The notes under the pieces are model-generated. The model worked only from the letters and a program-made list of their open reading frames with translations. It had not been told where the DNA came from and ran no database searches. From positions 8,505-72,504 of the forward strand of contig CDMY01000458.1 of the NCBI GenBank assembly GCA_001179505.1: DNA of 64,000 nucleotides, written 5' to 3'. The DNA is from Vitrella brassicaformis CCMP3155 (lineage: Eukaryota; Protista; Chromerida). Positions 60,377 to 64,000 of this stretch are shown piece by piece. Each line of letters opens with the position of its first letter. The stretch's first letter is position 1. The translations under genes and the position numbers were made by a program.

Positions 60377-62218
60377 TCACCTGATGGGCGGGGGGTTCTC
60401 TGTGGGCTTCCGCACCACAAACTCATCAGCACTCACTGCGAAAGGCAGCACGCCACACGCGCATACGTGGCTGGCTGCATATGTGTCCCTCCTTCTCTCA
60501 GCCCATCCACCCACCCACCCAGGCTCACCTCTCATCTGTTTGTCGATCCTGTACTCGAGCTTCGACTCGTCCTCAGGCCGCTCGTACGGACTGCTCTGCA
60601 TTCCGCATATAGAAAAGGAACACATGGAGGAATCGCTTTCTCTCGTTTTCTCTCGTGCTGCCTTGCCGACCGCCTGTAATGTCTGGTTGTTCTCAGCTGC
60701 CCGGCTGACCCTCTCCTGCACCATCTCTGCTGCCTGACGGATCGATCCCCCGGGGACACACAGATATGCCTCTCTCTCTCTCTCTCTGTCTGCGTTTGTC
60801 TGCGCGAAGAGGGCTCACCCTGAATGGCCCAGGGACAGGACTGAGCCTGCCCTGTGACGCCGTTGTTGACACGAGCGGGCGTGCGGCTGGTGGGAGGGGG
60901 GCGGGGGCGGGGGGCACCGATGCGGCCTTGGACTTGAGCGTTGTCGCAGACGCCTGCATGCATGGACGAATGATGTGTACGGAGATCGACCATGGGGATG
61001 GGTGTCCTTCTGCGACGTACCTGTGTGTCCTGCATCTCATGTCTCCTCTGCGCCTCCATCTTCCGGCGCGCAGCCGGGCTCTGACGCACAGCACGGCGCA
61101 GTTTCACCTGAATGAAGGAAACGAAGCCATGCATGAAGGCCACCTCCACACACACACACACAGCCCATAGGTGCCTCCTTCCGCCTTTGTGGTCACCTTG
61201 CATGTGTTGCGCAGGATCTGCTCCACTGGCGCGCCGAAGCTCTTGGGCACGTCAGTGGCATATGGGGGATTGAACACACCTGATAAGACACGTAGACATC
61301 GGCAAGTATCGGTCCGCGCCTGGCGGTCTACCAGGGCAGCTTTCGGTCGACACAAGGTGGTGCAGCTGCGAGGCGACCTTCAGGAAATGCAGCCGAGTCG
61401 CCTCGGCATCACGATGCTGATGCACACGCAGACACGCAGGTCCCTAACGAATGTCTCTTTCCCTCCCTCTCTCCCCTTGCACACGTCCACGTACCTCTTT
61501 CAGCTGCATCTCCCTCAGGCCGTACTCAATCAGCGTCTCGCGCACCTTCTCCCCCTGCACACACGCATCTGCGTCGAAAGGCATCGACGGACAAGGGGGC
61601 CCGTCACGTCCACCTCTTGTGCCAATGAGTTGAGGTAGCTCTTGCGCCCACGGAAATCTGAGAGATACTTACGGCTCCAGAAACCGCGAAAACTGACAGA
61701 AGTCGAGAGAGAGAGAAGGTCATCCATCAGCCCGGGAATGCTTTCTTCTCGATGATTGGGGCCCACTATCTCTGAATGACTGTGGCGACATGGTCGAAGA
61801 ACGCCCGAATCCTCGCTCGGTGCCGATCTTCCTCCTTTGTCCGGGCAGCGCGACGGCCGACAGAGCCGCGGAAACACCGCTGGATGAGGTGAATGGCCCT
61901 CCTGAGCGAGAGAAAAGCAGATTGTGTGCGTGAAAGGGGGCCGTTGACTGTGTTGCGTACAGGTGTGTTTGGTAGTCCTGGTAAGCGACTGTTCTCCGCC
62001 ATGCTGCCTGTATCTGTGTTGCCCTCTTGAGCTCTTCGAAACGGCTGTCGTCGGCCGCTCTGCACAGACACAGACAGACAGACAGACACACACAGTCAGC
62101 AGTGAGGACTCGAGGACTCACTGCCACTGGGTGTTCTGTACGTTCCCTACTGCAAGAGTGCAAAGTACTCTTTGATGACCTCCCTCCCCCGTGCTCGGAT
62201 CTCAGCAAACGTCGCCAT
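60377..62218 (-). CDS. SPATA17: IQ-motif ciliary protein, SPATA17 homolog
   Basis: N-terminus MATFAEIRAR; three IQ motifs (IQAAWR, IQRCFRG, IQR..RGFWSRK); conserved LHHLVSTESCPGVFNPPY. 3' end approximate. Confidence 0.8.
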
Positions 62219-62406
62219 TTCCTCTCCGGAACTTCTCGAAGGCCCCACAAAACCCCCAGTCTCCATGCGCATGAACGTCATCCATTCCCAGTGGTCCACC
62301 TGTTATGAATGCGCCGATGCATTCCGCCATCCCACGCAGCTAGCAAGCCCTTCTCTCCCTCTCGCCTCAGCAACGCCCCTCGCTGACGAACGCTGTACCC
62401 TGTGCG

Positions 62407-63669
62407 ATGACGGACAGGCCGACGGAGCCATCCGATGCTGGCACTGAGGGGCTGGCGAGGCAGCAGACGGCCACAACAGCCGAGCAGCCGCCAGCTGTGG
62501 CTCCTCCTGCAGCAGTGGGTGGCGGGGAGGGCGAGGGGAAGGGCGAAGGGGAGGGCGGGCAGACGCAGCAGCTGCCTGTCAACACGCCGGTGTTCTTCCA
62601 GAACCCCGATGGGTCATATCTAGAAGGTGAGAGATGCAGCGAGAGAGGACGGAACGCGGCGCTGTTACACTGCATTCGTGTCTGTGTGTGGTGTGTGTGT
62701 GTGGTCAGGTGTGCCGCCAGGGTACAAGGAGAGAACGCCGCCTCGCTCACCGAGACTGCCTGATGTCAATGGGTGGGTGACGATGCACACACATGCGAAC
62801 ACACACACACATCGAAACACACGCACGAGAACGACACAGCCGCATTCAGACACATGGCTGGTGTGTGTGTGGATTGATGGCCACCTTGCAATGCATGATG
62901 CAGTTGGTTTGACGAGTTGGACGCGCCCACGTTGGGTGAGGAGTTCCTGTTCATCTACACGCGCCACGAGAAGCTGTTTTTGTCTTTGCTGCTGATGGAG
63001 CTGCTCATAGAGGTCACATTCAACGCCATGTACGTCTACTACAGAAACTACACCGTCAGAGAGGTGAGGGACGACCGATGCAGACAGACCTACCGATGGA
63101 TGAAGACAGCGCACTGATGGATGGATGGATGTGTGTGTGTGATTCTGTGCAGGTGGCGATCATCTATCACGGAGTGTTATCGCTGCAGACCCTGTGGACC
63201 ATCTTCTGGGTCATGTTCGCAATCGAATCCGCTTACGAGGTGGCATTCTACGCTACGGGATTCTGGGCCGTCATCTCCGACAGGCCATCGGTACACACAC
63301 ACACACACACACGCATTCAGACGCAGACGGGGAGAGAGAGGGTGCGAGTGTGTGTGTGTGCGTGTGTGTGTAGGCGTATCAGTGGTTCAGTCAGATAGCT
63401 CTGTTTGGGATTCTGGGCCAGGTGGTGCTGGCCTACATGAACAAGTTCAACCTGCTCATATTCTTCTTCAGACTCATGGCTTACATATACGCTAAGTAGG
63501 CCGATACCCCTCCCAGCACACAGACACACACACATCTACCGAGTTCATTCACACCCAATGCGTGTGCCATTTTTGCAGGTTTCTGCGCAATTTGCGTCAG
63601 TCTTTGGCGCTGCTGGGCCCGGCGCAGCCCAATGGCAATGGCGCCAACCAGCTACAGTTCGACCTCTGA
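62407..63669 (+). CDS. Multi-pass membrane protein of unknown function
   Basis: Spliced frame with four hydrophobic segments (LFLSLLLMELLIEVTFNAMY; LWTIFWVMFAIE; FGILGQVVLAYMNKFNLLIFFFRLMAYIYAK); stop at 63669. Confidence 0.7.
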
Positions 63670-64000
63670 TTGACGGGATGGATGGGCAGAGATAGATGTT
63701 GCTGGGGTGTGGGGGTGGGGTGTTGCTGGCGGGTGAGTGGTTCTGTCTGTTGTGTGTGGGTGGCGCTTGTGGTTGCGGCGCGGGTGGGTGATTCATCCAT
63801 GTGTACGTGTACATACTTATATATGTCCACGGAAGTGTGTATGCATATGGTGTGCAGACATATGCACAGTGTGCTCTGGGGATCGTGTGTGTATGTGTAC
63901 ATATGCTTGTACGCGAGGGCCATTCATCGATGGGACCCCACGCGAATGCGTGTCGTCGAACTGTTACGAGGGGGGAGGGGCCCCCGAGTAATGGGAGGCG

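Noticed and set aside
1-64000. tRNA, rRNA, snRNA or spliced-leader genes; the many ORFs rich in VCVC, HTHT or MDGW
   Set aside because: No RNA gene was recognised by eye. Those ORFs are translations of intronic (TG)n, (CA)n and (GGAT)n tracts.

Overview
Intron-rich, GC-rich eukaryotic DNA whose introns are full of microsatellites ((CA)n, (GA)n, (GGAT)n, (CAGA)n), with four 300-N scaffold gaps. Intron style and gene content suggest an alveolate, most likely the chromerid Vitrella brassicaformis (inference). About 18 spliced genes were reconstructed by eye. Recognisable ones are a Fibrobacter-type circularly permuted GH16 glucanase, PSMF1/PI31, an SLC35F6-like transporter, PRCP (S28 peptidase), SPATA17, a divergent kinase and a Kelch plus STYX-like pseudophosphatase. 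Mobile elements are a defective, partly duplicated Ty1/copia LTR element and a 5'-truncated CRE-like RT+REL retroposon with a 16-bp target-site duplication. The most unusual items are: (1) a triple LOTUS/OST-HTH protein fused to an OAS (2'-5' oligoadenylate synthetase) fold that appears to have lost catalytic Asps; (2) a secreted protein of three tandem subtilase-propeptide-like units with no protease domain; (3) a secreted Pro/Arg-rich + cystine-knot + circularly permuted solute-binding protein; (4) a TGCGAGCT motif recurring in tight divergent promoters. All family assignments come from motifs recognised by eye, not database searches. Exon boundaries and gene ends are approximate.
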